Below are positions 32,441-41,879 of a stretch of DNA of 64,000 nucleotides, piece after piece. How positions within the stretch are numbered: position 1 is the stretch's first letter; every line of letters begins with the position of its first letter. Where the stretch lies: positions 2,547-66,546 of the forward strand of contig CAIOVX010000027.1 in NCBI GenBank assembly GCA_903861835.1, read 5' to 3'. Below the pieces are notes generated by a model. It was given only the letters and a program-made list of their open reading frames with translations, was not told the DNA's origin and did no database searches. Source of the stretch: Candidatus Firestoneibacteriota bacterium. Its GTDB lineage: Bacteria; Oederibacteriota; D2-FULL-39-29; CAIOVX01. A program made the translations under genes and the position numbers.

Positions 32441-32610
32441 TATTAAGCACCAAATCTCAAGTACCAAGCACCAAATAAACACCAAAAAGGCAAAAGTTAA
32501 AAGTGTTTAAAAGTTATTTGTGTTTGGTTCTTTTTATTTTATTTGGGATTTGGTGCTTGGAATTTGTGATTTAGGTTTAGGTGATTTGGTGCTTGTGATT
32601 TGAGATTTGA
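32441..32610. repeat. Repeat family A palindromic element
   Basis: Near reverse-complement copy of 59167-59321. Confidence 0.9.
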
Positions 32611-32646
32611 ACCTGTCGGATTTTCTGTGTTTGCGGAGGTTGCGTT

Positions 32647-33411
32647 ATGGACTTATTGAATGCCCTTATTCTCGGCATAATCCAGGGGCTTACTGAATTC
32701 ATACCCGTTTCCAGCAAAGGGCATCTGGTTATTGCCCAAAAACTTATGCAGAACTTCACGGAACCGCCTCTTCTTTTTGATGCAGTTTTGCATCTTGGCA
32801 CCGCCGCCGTTATAATATTTTATTTTAGAAAAAGACTCAAAGAAATATTTACAAATGCGAGGCTGGTCCTTATGGTCGTGATAGCCACAATTCCTGTCGC
32901 GATCGCGGGCTATGTCTTTAAGCACAAAATAGAGGATCTATTCACCAACGCGCAGCTTACCGGAGTATGCTTTATTATTATGGGAACGGTGCTCTATTTT
33001 GCAGACCGGCAACAGAACGGAGTTAAATCAGCTTCTGAGACGACCTGGTTTGATGCGCTGCTTATAGGTCTGGCGCAGGTTTTTGCGCTGATTCCCGGTA
33101 TTTCAAGGTCAGGCAGCACGATCTCTTCCGGAATTTTCCGCGGGCTGGACAGGAAGTTCGCAATGGAGTTCTCCTTTTTGCTTTCAGTTCCGGCTATTCT
33201 CGGCGCGGCGGGATTAAAGATAAAGGACGCCTTGCACGACGGCGCGGCCCAGCTTAATCTCCTTCCTTTTGCTGCCGGTTTTCTTGCAGCCGCGGTCATC
33301 GGCTATCTTACTATAAAAGTCCTGATGAATTTTCTGCTAAAACAGCGGATGTACTTATTTTCTATTTATCTCTGGATAGCAGGAACGCTCGTTCTGGTGT
33401 TATTCAGGTAG
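32647..33411 (+). CDS. uppP: Undecaprenyl-diphosphate phosphatase
   Basis: QGLTEFIPVSS.GH, PGISRSGST, FSFLLSVP. Confidence 0.95.
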   Translation: MDLLNALILGIIQGLTEFIPVSSKGHLVIAQKLMQNFTEPPLLFDAVLHLGTAAVIIFYFRKRLKEIFTNARLVLMVVIATIPVAIAGYVFKHKIEDLFTNAQLTGVCFIIMGTVLYFADRQQNGVKSASETTWFDALLIGLAQVFALIPGISRSGSTISSGIFRGLDRKFAMEFSFLLSVPAILGAAGLKIKDALHDGAAQLNLLPFAAGFLAAAVIGYLTIKVLMNFLLKQRMYLFSIYLWIAGTLVLVLFR

Positions 33412-33416
33412 CGCCA

Positions 33417-34061
33417 ATGCCCGTCGAAAAACACTCCACATATTTCAATATGCTGGATGTCCTAAAAGAAAAGGGCTGTCCCTATTGCCGCCTTTCAGAC
33501 AAATCAGCGCACTCTTATTTTGACGCTTTTCTTTTTGAGAATGTGACCGACCGCGAGGTCAGCAAAAAACTGCGCTCTTCCGGCGGTTTCTGCCGGGAGC
33601 ATTCCGCGAAGTTCCTCGAATTCAACGATACCCTCGGCGCGGCAATTGTCTACGAATCTCTTATTTACGACCTCCTGAATGAAAAAAAAGAAAGTCTTTC
33701 GCTTAAAAGCGGAGCCTGTCCGGCTTGCGCCGTTTCTAAAGAAGCGGAAGAAAGGCACCTGAAAACTTTCGAACCCTATTTTGCCGAGCCGGAGTTCGCG
33801 GAGGCCTATCTGGTTTCAGAGGGTTTCTGCATTTCCCACTTGAAACTGTTACTGCCAAAGATTAAGAAGGAATCCGTCCTGAAGAAAGTCATTGAGAAGG
33901 AAAGGCAGACCCTGGAAAAACTTCACTCAGAATTACTGGAATTCCTCAGAAAGAACGATTACCGTTTCTCAAAGGAAGAGTGGGGCGCGGAGAAGGACAG
34001 TTGGAGAAGGGCGATTGGGAAGTTTGTGGGAGAAAGAAAAGTAAGACAAAAAAGTTTGTAA
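33417..34061 (+). CDS. Duplicated CxxC...CxxH hypothetical protein (DUF6062-like)
   Basis: GCPYC...GGFCREH and ACPAC...EGFCISH; DYRF...E.DSW.RAI. Confidence 0.7.
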   Translation: MPVEKHSTYFNMLDVLKEKGCPYCRLSDKSAHSYFDAFLFENVTDREVSKKLRSSGGFCREHSAKFLEFNDTLGAAIVYESLIYDLLNEKKESLSLKSGACPACAVSKEAEERHLKTFEPYFAEPEFAEAYLVSEGFCISHLKLLLPKIKKESVLKKVIEKERQTLEKLHSELLEFLRKNDYRFSKEEWGAEKDSWRRAIGKFVGERKVRQKSL

Positions 34062-34325
34062 CGTTCGTAACGTTTATAACGTAAAGCAAATGTACGAAAC
34101 AAAGAGGACGGTGGACGGAAGACAGAGGACAGTAGGCTGAGGGTCAGAAGGTCAGATGCTCAGTAAGGCGGAAGGTTAGAGGGTTGGATGCTTGGATGCT
34201 TGGATGCTTAAATGCCAGCAAAGATGAGATGATGCGCGGAAGGGCAGTAATGAAGAGGGCTGAGGACGGAAGACGGAAGACGGAAGACAGAAGACAGATG
34301 ACAGTAGTCAGTGGACAGAAGAAGG
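34050..34325 (+). repeat. Repeat family C left arm (34050-34085) followed by a family D tract
   Basis: TAACGTTCG/TAACGTTTA units, then GGACGGAAGACAGAGGACAG and GGAAGGTTAGAGGGTTGGATGCTT units. Confidence 0.8.
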
Positions 34326-34355
34326 CGAGCAGAACATTAAACAAAGGGATTAAAT

Positions 34356-35321
34356 ATGAGAAGAACAATGCAGGCGGTAATGATGAGTTTGGCGCTTATG
34401 CCGGGATTACTTTTCGGGTGGCAGATAGATAGTGAAGTAAAGATAACAACCGGGGGAAGCTGGAGCAGCCCCGCTTGGTCTCCAAGGGGAGAATATTTTT
34501 GCGCTATAGACGGAGCAGGCCGCCTGGTACTCTTTGACGCGGCAGGAAAAGTTGTGAAAGTGAAGGAGGCTTCCGGTTTTGAAAATCCAAAGTGGTCTCC
34601 CGACGGCTCCTATATCGCGGCCTCGTTTGCTTCAAAAAAAAGGCCGCTGGCAATCATTTCGATTCCGGAACTTGGCGCGGAATATAAATCCCTGGGCGTG
34701 TATGACACCGCCTGGCTTTCAGACAGCAAAACTATCTATTTTTATCACTGGCAGAAAAGACCTCACGACGTGCTCTCAAAAATAATGGACGTGTCTGTGG
34801 GGAGCAGCGGCGAGAACGATTATTTTGACCTCATAAAGGACAAAAACGCCCTTAAGAGTTTTACCTGCTCGCCCAAAGAGGAAAAAGTCGCGTTTATTCA
34901 GGTAAACGCAGGGGATAACAGGTGTCTGTATGTGGCAGATCTGGCTCTGACAGAAAAAAAATCCATTGCAAGCGGCCTTTTGGGCGAAAGTCTCTCCTGG
35001 TCGCCGGACGGCAAATATGTCTGGACCGGAGCGGAGATTGTAAATGTTGAGAAGAAAGAGGTTGTTTCAACCGGAATGCCCTTTACCCGTTTTGCCCAAT
35101 GGTCTTCCGACGGGAAAAAAATATTTTATTCGAAAGAAACCGTCAAGGATAGCATTATCATAGACGGGGATCCGGCTTGTTTTGATTTTGCTGCCGGGAA
35201 AGAAGAGATTATCAACTCGCCTGACTTTAGTGAAAGTTTTGCGTCATATTCTTCTGACTTAAAGAGCTGCGCAGCCGTGGATGCCAAGGACGGGAATTTA
35301 CTGCTCATCAAATTTAAATAG
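34356..35321 (+). CDS. Secreted TolB-like (PD40) beta-propeller protein
   Basis: Signal peptide; repeated WSPRG, WSPDG, WSSDG motifs. Confidence 0.8.
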   Translation: MRRTMQAVMMSLALMPGLLFGWQIDSEVKITTGGSWSSPAWSPRGEYFCAIDGAGRLVLFDAAGKVVKVKEASGFENPKWSPDGSYIAASFASKKRPLAIISIPELGAEYKSLGVYDTAWLSDSKTIYFYHWQKRPHDVLSKIMDVSVGSSGENDYFDLIKDKNALKSFTCSPKEEKVAFIQVNAGDNRCLYVADLALTEKKSIASGLLGESLSWSPDGKYVWTGAEIVNVEKKEVVSTGMPFTRFAQWSSDGKKIFYSKETVKDSIIIDGDPACFDFAAGKEEIINSPDFSESFASYSSDLKSCAAVDAKDGNLLLIKFK

Positions 35322-35340
35322 CGCGGATTAAGGGAATATT

Positions 35341-36303
35341 ATGGAAAAACCGAAGATTTATGTCCACCGGATGGGGCCCTGGTATTCATTCTATATGGAC
35401 ACAGCAAATGAAGAACTGCTTGCCTCGTTTTCAGAACCGGTAAATGAGCGCGACAGGGAAGCCCCGTTTACTGCCGCCGAACTGATCTCAAGGATGGCCG
35501 GCTGTTCCGCGATACTTTCCTTAAACGGAACCGGAGCCGAAGAAGAGATTGCCTACGAAACCTTGAAAGCCGTCAATACCATACAAATAATCAGCATCTC
35601 CCACTGGTGGGGGCAGTTCTCGGATGTGCCTTCCGGTTCAGGGATTACGGTGATAGAGGGCTCGAACGCGAATACTGTCGCTGTCGCCGAGTGGGTGCTG
35701 GCCTGCGCGCTTTCGGGAGTAAGGAAAATAGAAACTTTCAGCCGCAGGCTGAAGAACGGGTCAGAATGGGGCGAGCCGAGAAGAGACGCAGGAATGCTTG
35801 CGGGAAGCGTTGCCGGTATTATAGGGCTTGGAAGGATTGGAAGTCAGGTCTCAAAGTATTTCAAGGCAATGGGAGCGGAAGTCATAGTTTTTGACAAGTA
35901 CTGTGCTCCAAGCCGGGCCAGGGAGCTCGGAGTTAAGCTGGTCACGCTTGAGGAAGCGCTTAAGGTGGATGTGGTTTCTCTTCATCTTCCGGTAACCGAT
36001 GAAACGAAAGGGATGCTCGGCAGCCGTCACTTAGCGATGATAAAGGACGGAGCCGTGTTTATCAATTCGGCGCGCGCCGCGCTCTACGAGGAAGCGGTTC
36101 TTATCGAAGAACTCAAAAGGAAACGCTTCTGCGCGTATCTTGATGTTTTTGAAAATGAGCCGCTGCCTTTAGCACACCCATTTCGGACAATGGAAAATGT
36201 GACTATCACGCCGCATATAGCCGGAGATAACAAGCAAATGTTCCTCCGCTGCGGAAGGGAAGCTATCCTGACACTAAAGAAATATTATGAAGATATTACA
36301 TAA
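35341..36303 (+). CDS. D-isomer-specific 2-hydroxyacid dehydrogenase
   Basis: GIIGLGRIG, SLHLP, INSARA, LDVFENEP, TPHIAG. Confidence 0.9.
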   Translation: MEKPKIYVHRMGPWYSFYMDTANEELLASFSEPVNERDREAPFTAAELISRMAGCSAILSLNGTGAEEEIAYETLKAVNTIQIISISHWWGQFSDVPSGSGITVIEGSNANTVAVAEWVLACALSGVRKIETFSRRLKNGSEWGEPRRDAGMLAGSVAGIIGLGRIGSQVSKYFKAMGAEVIVFDKYCAPSRARELGVKLVTLEEALKVDVVSLHLPVTDETKGMLGSRHLAMIKDGAVFINSARAALYEEAVLIEELKRKRFCAYLDVFENEPLPLAHPFRTMENVTITPHIAGDNKQMFLRCGREAILTLKKYYEDIT

Positions 36304-36346
36304 GTTGTCGTAATAACCTTCTACTTTCAGCGTTAACAATAAAAAC

Positions 36347-36375
36347 TTGACAAAGAAAGAGGGCAGTAGTAATAT
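36347..36375 (+). promoter_or_regulatory. Sigma70-type promoter of the B12 operon
   Basis: TTGACA-N17-TAATAT directly upstream of the riboswitch. Confidence 0.7.
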
Positions 36376-36384
36376 CTATATGTA

Positions 36385-36551
36385 AGTTGTTTGATTCCGC
36401 AGTCAAGGGAAGCAGGTGTAAATCCTGCGCACTCCCGGTGCTGTAAGAGGGTACGAAATCCACAGGCGAGCGAAGTTTGCTTGCCGGCCACTGCCGAAAG
36501 GCGGGAAGGCGGAGAGTAGGTTTGATCCCTCAAGTCAGAAGACCTGACAGC
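36385..36551 (+). ncRNA. Cobalamin riboswitch
   Basis: AAGGGAA-GCAGGTGTAAATCCTGC...CTGTAA...GCCACTG...GGGAAGGC...AAGTCAGAAGACCTG (B12 box); upstream of btu/cob genes. Confidence 0.95.
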
Positions 36552-36561
36552 GGAAAAATAG

Positions 36562-36670
36562 AAACGGCATCCCCCGAGGAAGGGGAGGGCGGTTTTTTTA
36601 TTTAACGGAGCCAAGAAATCAGGGTGCAGCCCCGTAAGGCATTTTGCCTTGCGGGGTTTTTTGTTTTTTA
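36562..36670 (+). terminator. Two tandem intrinsic terminators (riboswitch expression platform)
   Basis: TCCCC/GGGGA hairpin followed by a T7 run; GCCCCGTAAGGCA/TGCCTTGCGGGGT hairpin followed by T runs. Confidence 0.75.
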
Positions 36671-37172
36671 ATTAGAATGATTAGAAAAAGAGATTACGCA
36701 GATTAGAGTGAGCATGGATTGAAACCGAGAAATCTATTTTTGTAATCTGAGTAATCAAACAATTCTTGTTGAGAAGTTGATTAAAGGGATCAGCGAAAGC
36801 AATTACGCAGATTAGAGTGAGCGGGGTTTAATCTGTGTAATCGGTTTAAGTAATCCGTGTAATCATTTTTGTTTTTTAAGCGGGACGCCTATCCCGCTTA
36901 TTGGGTGCGGCGGAGGGCTGTGATGGCCCTTCGCCACCCTCCCTTAAAGGCGGAAGGTTAGAGGGCTGGAAGGTTAGAGGGCTGGAAGGTTGGAAGGTTG
37001 GATGATTGGACGTTGGAGTGAAGGAGCCTGAGGACGGAAGACGGTAGACAGAAGGGCAGATGCTCGGATGCTTAAAGGCCAGCATGGCTGGAGGAAATGG
37101 GCGTGTGGACGGAGGACCGTTAGAACATTTGAGTCTTTAATTAGCAATCAGCAATCCGACGGAGTCGGCGGA
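36671..37172. repeat. Repeat mosaic in the B12 leader: two family B palindromes, two GC hairpins, family D, family E
   Basis: B 36671-36756 and 36779-36864; hairpins 36877-36900 and 36909-36935; D 36951-37120; E 37137-37172. Confidence 0.8.
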
Positions 37173-37183
37173 GCGGCAGACGG

Positions 37184-38026
37184 ATGAGGGAAATGCAAAA
37201 GAAAAAACTAAACATAGGGATAGCGCTGTGGAATCTCAACGCGAAGAACCTCGCCGAAAAGATTGACAAGATCGCGGGCTGGGGTTTCAACTGCGTGAGT
37301 TTCCTTGGCGGCTACTTTGAGGATGAATTCGCGGCGGATATCGCGGCAAGAATTAAGAAGCACGGGCTTAAAGTAACATTTCATCTCAGCTTCTTCGGGA
37401 AGAATAAGGAGAGGGCATTAAGGGAGCTTGACGGCAGGATCGAACGCATAACTACTCTTCTGAAGACCGGAAAGATAAAACGCAACGCCAAATGCATCTG
37501 TTTTGATCCGGCGTATTTTTACAAAAACAAGACAGTCTCTATAGACTATGAAACGACTATCGCGGCGCTTAAGAAGCTGGACGGAAAGGTTCCCGGAATA
37601 AAGATAGGCGTCGAGAACTGGATCCTTAATTCTCCGGCGCAAGAAATGAGGCGCATAAAAACGGGTATAGGCGGGGCTAAGAGCGGGATGCTTTTGGACC
37701 TGGGTCATTTGAATATCGCTTTCAGGCAGGGGTTGATAAAAGAGCTGGACTATCTTTCCTACTTCAAGGCGCTACCGTTCAAAATAATAGAACTGCACAT
37801 TCACGATAATGACGGGGAAACAGATCTGCATCTGCCGCCCGGGAGAGGAAACACTGAATTTAAAAAGATTTTCAAAGCGTTAAAAGAATCCGGAAGGCTG
37901 TCAAAAAACGTAATCCTGACTTTCGAGATAAAGCCGAGGCTGAAGGACATAAAAATAACGGACAGAAAAAAGATGGACGAGGTCCTGCGGTCAAAAAAAT
38001 TAATAGAGAGGCTGTACCAGAAATGA
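37184..38026 (+). CDS. AP endonuclease 2 / xylose isomerase-like TIM barrel; candidate CbiR-type cobamide remodelling phosphodiesterase
   Basis: FHLS, GVENW, LDLGHL, LHIHD...DLHLPPG, TFE metal-ligand pattern; first gene under the B12 riboswitch. Confidence 0.75.
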   Translation: MREMQKKKLNIGIALWNLNAKNLAEKIDKIAGWGFNCVSFLGGYFEDEFAADIAARIKKHGLKVTFHLSFFGKNKERALRELDGRIERITTLLKTGKIKRNAKCICFDPAYFYKNKTVSIDYETTIAALKKLDGKVPGIKIGVENWILNSPAQEMRRIKTGIGGAKSGMLLDLGHLNIAFRQGLIKELDYLSYFKALPFKIIELHIHDNDGETDLHLPPGRGNTEFKKIFKALKESGRLSKNVILTFEIKPRLKDIKITDRKKMDEVLRSKKLIERLYQK

Positions 38027-39045
38027 AAGCAAGAGTTATCAAATACATAAGCCTGGGGCTGGTCTTTATGCTGGGTTGCGCTGCTGCCGGTATATTTATA
38101 GGAAGCGTAGGGCTGCCCGCGAAAGACGTTTTCAACATATTCCTTTCTAAGGTTCCGCTTCTTGGCGGGCATATCCCGCACACCTGGCAATCAGGTGTTG
38201 AAGACATTCTACTGAAACTCCGCCTGCCGAGGGTAATTCTTGGGCTTTTTGTGGGCGCTTCTCTCGCGGTTGCGGGCGCGGTTTTTCAGGGGTTGCTTAG
38301 AAACCCGCTGGCAGAACCCTATTTGCTCGGGATATCTTCGGGAGCGGCTCTCGGTACCGCTCTGGTCGTACTGCTGAATATTCCCTTCTATCTGCTCTTC
38401 ATTCCCTCAATACCTCTCGCTGCTTTTTGCGGCGGACTGGTGTCAATGTTTCTCGTTTATGCGTTAGCCAGGACAAAGGGAAAGCTTCCGGTGCAAACAC
38501 TCCTTCTTTCAGGCGTTGTCATAAACTTTTCCTTTTCCGCAATAATAATGCTCTTCATTACCGTGAGCAATAAGGGGCTGGCAGAGATAACTTTCTGGAT
38601 GCTGGGTTCTCTCAATAACGCGAATTTCGCGCTCCTTCCATATATTATAGGCGGCTGCACTCTGATAATGGGAATCATCTATCTGTTTGCAAATGATCTT
38701 AATGTTATTTCAATGGGAGAAGAGACCGCGGTGTATCTCGGAGTAGCCGCGGAGAAAGTAAAGAAGCTTATGTTTGTGCTGACCTCGCTTTTAACGGGCC
38801 TTGCGGTCTCGGTAAGCGGGCTGATAGGTTTTGTCGGGCTGATCGTTCCGCATATTGCCCGCCTAATAGCCGGGCCCGATCACCGGGTGCTTCTGCCTTT
38901 CGCGGCGCTCCTTGGCGCGGGATTTTTGGTTCTTGCCGATGTGCTCTGCAGAACGCTATTTTCTCCGGTTGAGATTCCGATCGGCGTAGTTACGGCAATA
39001 CTCGGGGGTCCGTTCTTTCTGTATCTTCTAAAGAGGAAAAAATGA
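38023..39045 (+). CDS. btuC: Cobalamin ABC transporter permease (FecCD family)
   Basis: LRLPRV, LRNPLAEPYLLGISSGA, IGFVGLIVPH; B12 regulon context. Confidence 0.88.
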   Translation: MKARVIKYISLGLVFMLGCAAAGIFIGSVGLPAKDVFNIFLSKVPLLGGHIPHTWQSGVEDILLKLRLPRVILGLFVGASLAVAGAVFQGLLRNPLAEPYLLGISSGAALGTALVVLLNIPFYLLFIPSIPLAAFCGGLVSMFLVYALARTKGKLPVQTLLLSGVVINFSFSAIIMLFITVSNKGLAEITFWMLGSLNNANFALLPYIIGGCTLIMGIIYLFANDLNVISMGEETAVYLGVAAEKVKKLMFVLTSLLTGLAVSVSGLIGFVGLIVPHIARLIAGPDHRVLLPFAALLGAGFLVLADVLCRTLFSPVEIPIGVVTAILGGPFFLYLLKRKK

Positions 39046-39815
39046 CAGCTGCGCTTGAAGCTAAAAACATAATATTCGGCTACGGAGAAAAGAAGGTGCT
39101 GAAGAATGTTTCCTTTTCCGTAGCGGAGAAGGATTTTACGGGTATCATTGGTCCGAACGGCTCAGGCAAATCGACGCTGCTGAAAATACTGAGCAGGAGC
39201 TTGCAGCCGGGTTCCGGGTCCGTGCTTTTTAACGGGAAGGATATATTTAAACTGGACACAAAACTCGTGGCAAGCAAAATAGCAATTGTCCCGCAGGAAG
39301 AACTGAGTATTTTCCCGTTTACGGTATTTGAAACGGTGCTGATGGGAAGGGCCCCCTATATCAGCAGATTCTCGTGGGAAAGCCGCGAAGATATTTCAAT
39401 TGCCGAATCCGCGATGAAACTGGCTGATGTAAAACACCTGCGCGACAGAAACCTCGACGAGCTTTCTGGGGGAGAGAGGCAGAGGGTTTTGATAGCAAGG
39501 GCGCTGGCTCAGATGCCAAAGATTCTTCTGCTGGATGAGCCTACCTCTCACCTGGATATCAACCACCAGTTTGACATTCTGGAGCTTATCAGAAAGCTCA
39601 ATGAAAACGCGGGTATTACAGTGCTTATGGTCTCTCATGACATAAACATAGCGGCAAAATACTGCAAAGAGCTCGTGATGCTGAAGGACGGAAAAATCTT
39701 CAAACACGGGCCTTCTTGCGAAGTCATCACGAAAGAAATAATAAAGCAGGTTTATGGGGTAGATGTGCGGCTAGTGAAATTCCCGGGCGCGAAGACTCCC
39801 GCTGTACTTATTTAA
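39042..39815 (+). CDS. btuD: Cobalamin ABC transporter ATPase
   Basis: GPNGSGKST, LSGGERQR, LLDEPT, SHD. Confidence 0.88.
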   Translation: MTAALEAKNIIFGYGEKKVLKNVSFSVAEKDFTGIIGPNGSGKSTLLKILSRSLQPGSGSVLFNGKDIFKLDTKLVASKIAIVPQEELSIFPFTVFETVLMGRAPYISRFSWESREDISIAESAMKLADVKHLRDRNLDELSGGERQRVLIARALAQMPKILLLDEPTSHLDINHQFDILELIRKLNENAGITVLMVSHDINIAAKYCKELVMLKDGKIFKHGPSCEVITKEIIKQVYGVDVRLVKFPGAKTPAVLI

Positions 39816-39819
39816 AGGT

Positions 39820-39905
39820 GATTAGAGGGATTAGGAAAGGAGATTACGCAGATTAGAGGGGGCATGGTTTAATCTGTATAATCGGTTTTAGTAATCTGCG
39901 TAATC
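39820..39905. repeat. Repeat family B palindrome
   Basis: Close homologue of 36779-36864. Confidence 0.85.
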
Positions 39906-39922
39906 ATTTTAATGGAGGAGAG

Positions 39923-40453
39923 ATGTTGAAGAAAGGTCTTGTACAAGTCTACACCGGAGACGGAAAAGGGAAGACCACCTGCGCATTCGGACAGGCCTTA
40001 AGGGCTGTCGGGCGCGGATTAAAGGTCTGCATTTTCCAGTTCCTGAAAGATGAGAAACTCGGCAGCGGGGAAGTAATCGCTTTTGAAGCCTTTAAAGACA
40101 GCGTTCGGATTGTGCGCGGCTGCCAGACTCATCCTATGCTTGCTAAAAAAGAGCAGCCGTCCCTTAAGGAAGAAATACTTGAAATGGTCGCAGAGGTTAA
40201 GCAGGTCCTGGCTTCCGGGAAATATAATATGGTAGTGCTTGACGAGATAAATAACTGCGTTGATAGCGGGTTGTTGGAAGTCAAAAGATTAGTAGAAATC
40301 ATAAAGGTAAAGCCGGCGCGCACCGAACTGATACTTACGGGAAGGGGCGCAGCGAGGGAAGTCGTAGAACTTGCGGATCTGGTTACGAATATGTCGCTGG
40401 TGAAGCATCCGTTTAAGGCGGGAGTGAAGGCGAGGAAGGGGATAGAGTACTAA
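39923..40453 (+). CDS. cobO: Cob(I)alamin adenosyltransferase CobO/BtuR
   Basis: YTGDGKGKTT, QFLK, LDEI, LILTGR, KHPF...ARKGIEY. Confidence 0.93.
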   Translation: MLKKGLVQVYTGDGKGKTTCAFGQALRAVGRGLKVCIFQFLKDEKLGSGEVIAFEAFKDSVRIVRGCQTHPMLAKKEQPSLKEEILEMVAEVKQVLASGKYNMVVLDEINNCVDSGLLEVKRLVEIIKVKPARTELILTGRGAAREVVELADLVTNMSLVKHPFKAGVKARKGIEY

Positions 40454-40459
40454 AAAGTC

Positions 40460-40720
40460 AAAAGTTTGTAAAGTTTATAAGGTTTGTAAGGTTAATAAGG
40501 TATGAGTATTTAATTAGTAATCAGTAATCATCAATAAGCAATCCGACGGAGTCGGCGGACAGAGGACAGAGGACAGTGGGCAGAAGACGGCATGTCCTAG
40601 GGATCTTTAATTAGTAATTAGAAATCATCAATCAGTAATCCGACGGAGTCGGCGGACGCGCAGTAGAATAAAAATAGCAAACATAATCTGAGTAATCGAA
40701 CTTTCTAAATCCGTGTAATC
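40460..40720. repeat. Repeat mosaic C-E-D-E-B between cobO and cobT
   Basis: C left arm 40460-40500; E 40510-40560 and 40607-40657; D 40557-40590; B right arm 40684-40720. Confidence 0.8.
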
Positions 40721-40739
40721 ATTTATCAAAGGAGACGAA

Positions 40740-41786
40740 ATGAAGATAGGGAATACGGAAGTAAATATAGAGGAAATTGATACGGCCTCATATAGTAAGA
40801 CTCAGAAGCGGCTTGACAGCCTGACAAAACCGGTTGGAAGTTTGGGCAGGCTTGAAGATTTGGCGAAGGAAGTTGTTGCTATCACCGGGAAGGAACGTCC
40901 TTCTCTCAAGCATAAAGTCATTTTCACAATGGCTGGTGATCACGGAATATGCGATGAAGGCGTATCCGCTTTTCCGAAAGAGGTTACCCCCCAGATGGTA
41001 ATGAATTTCATTCAAGGCGGCGCTGCGATAAATGTGCTCGCGAAGCATGTCGGCGCGAAGGTCGTAGTTGTTGATATGGGCGTTGCTTCGGACATCAAGA
41101 ACGCTCCGGGCCTTGTGATAAGGAAAATAGCTTATGGAACAAAGAATTTTGCGAAAGGACCGGCGATGAGCAGGGAAGAGGCCGAGAAATCCGTTGAAGC
41201 CGGGATAAAGCTTGTGATGGAGCTCCCTGAGGTTGATATTCTGGGGACCGGCGATATGGGAATAGGCAATACCACGCCTTCCGCCGCGATAACCGCTGTA
41301 GTTACCGGAAAGAGCGTTGAAGAAGTTACGGGCAGGGGCACCGGTGTTGATGACGCGGGGCTTAAGAAAAAAGTTGCCGCCATAAAGAAGGGAATTGAAG
41401 TAAACAGGCCGGACGCAAAAAACGGGCTGGATTTGCTTTCGAAAATAGGCGGTTTTGAAATAGGCGGGCTCGCGGGCGTAATCCTCGGCGCGGGAATGAG
41501 AAAGGTTCCGGTGGTCGTTGACGGTTTTATCTCAACAGCCGCGGCGATAATTGCCGTGAACATCGAACCTAAAGTGAAAGGCTATATCATACCTTCGCAT
41601 ATGTCCGTTGAAGGCGGGCACAAATACGCCCTTGCGTATCTCGGCAAGAAAGCAATAATTGATTTTGATATGAGGCTGGGAGAGGGAACGGGCGCGGCGC
41701 TCACGATGAATATTATTGAAGCGGGGTGCAAGATTCTCAATGAGATGGCGACTTTTGAAAACGCGGGAGTAACTAATAAGGAATGA
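40740..41786 (+). CDS. cobT: Nicotinate-nucleotide--dimethylbenzimidazole phosphoribosyltransferase
   Basis: LTKPVGSLGRLE, GDHG, GDMGIGNTT, RLGEGTGA. Confidence 0.96.
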   Translation: MKIGNTEVNIEEIDTASYSKTQKRLDSLTKPVGSLGRLEDLAKEVVAITGKERPSLKHKVIFTMAGDHGICDEGVSAFPKEVTPQMVMNFIQGGAAINVLAKHVGAKVVVVDMGVASDIKNAPGLVIRKIAYGTKNFAKGPAMSREEAEKSVEAGIKLVMELPEVDILGTGDMGIGNTTPSAAITAVVTGKSVEEVTGRGTGVDDAGLKKKVAAIKKGIEVNRPDAKNGLDLLSKIGGFEIGGLAGVILGAGMRKVPVVVDGFISTAAAIIAVNIEPKVKGYIIPSHMSVEGGHKYALAYLGKKAIIDFDMRLGEGTGAALTMNIIEAGCKILNEMATFENAGVTNKE

Positions 41787-41791
41787 TGATA

Positions 41792-41863
41792 AGAAGGTTG
41801 GAGGGTTGGATGCTTAAAAAACGGCAATAACTAACCCTCTAAACATCCAACCGTCCAAGCATC
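41792..41863. repeat. Repeat family D palindrome
   Basis: GAAGGTTGGAGGGTTGGATGCTT ... AACCCTCTAAACATCCAACCGTCCAAGCATC. Confidence 0.75.
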
Positions 41864-41879
41864 AAAACGGAGTGATTTT

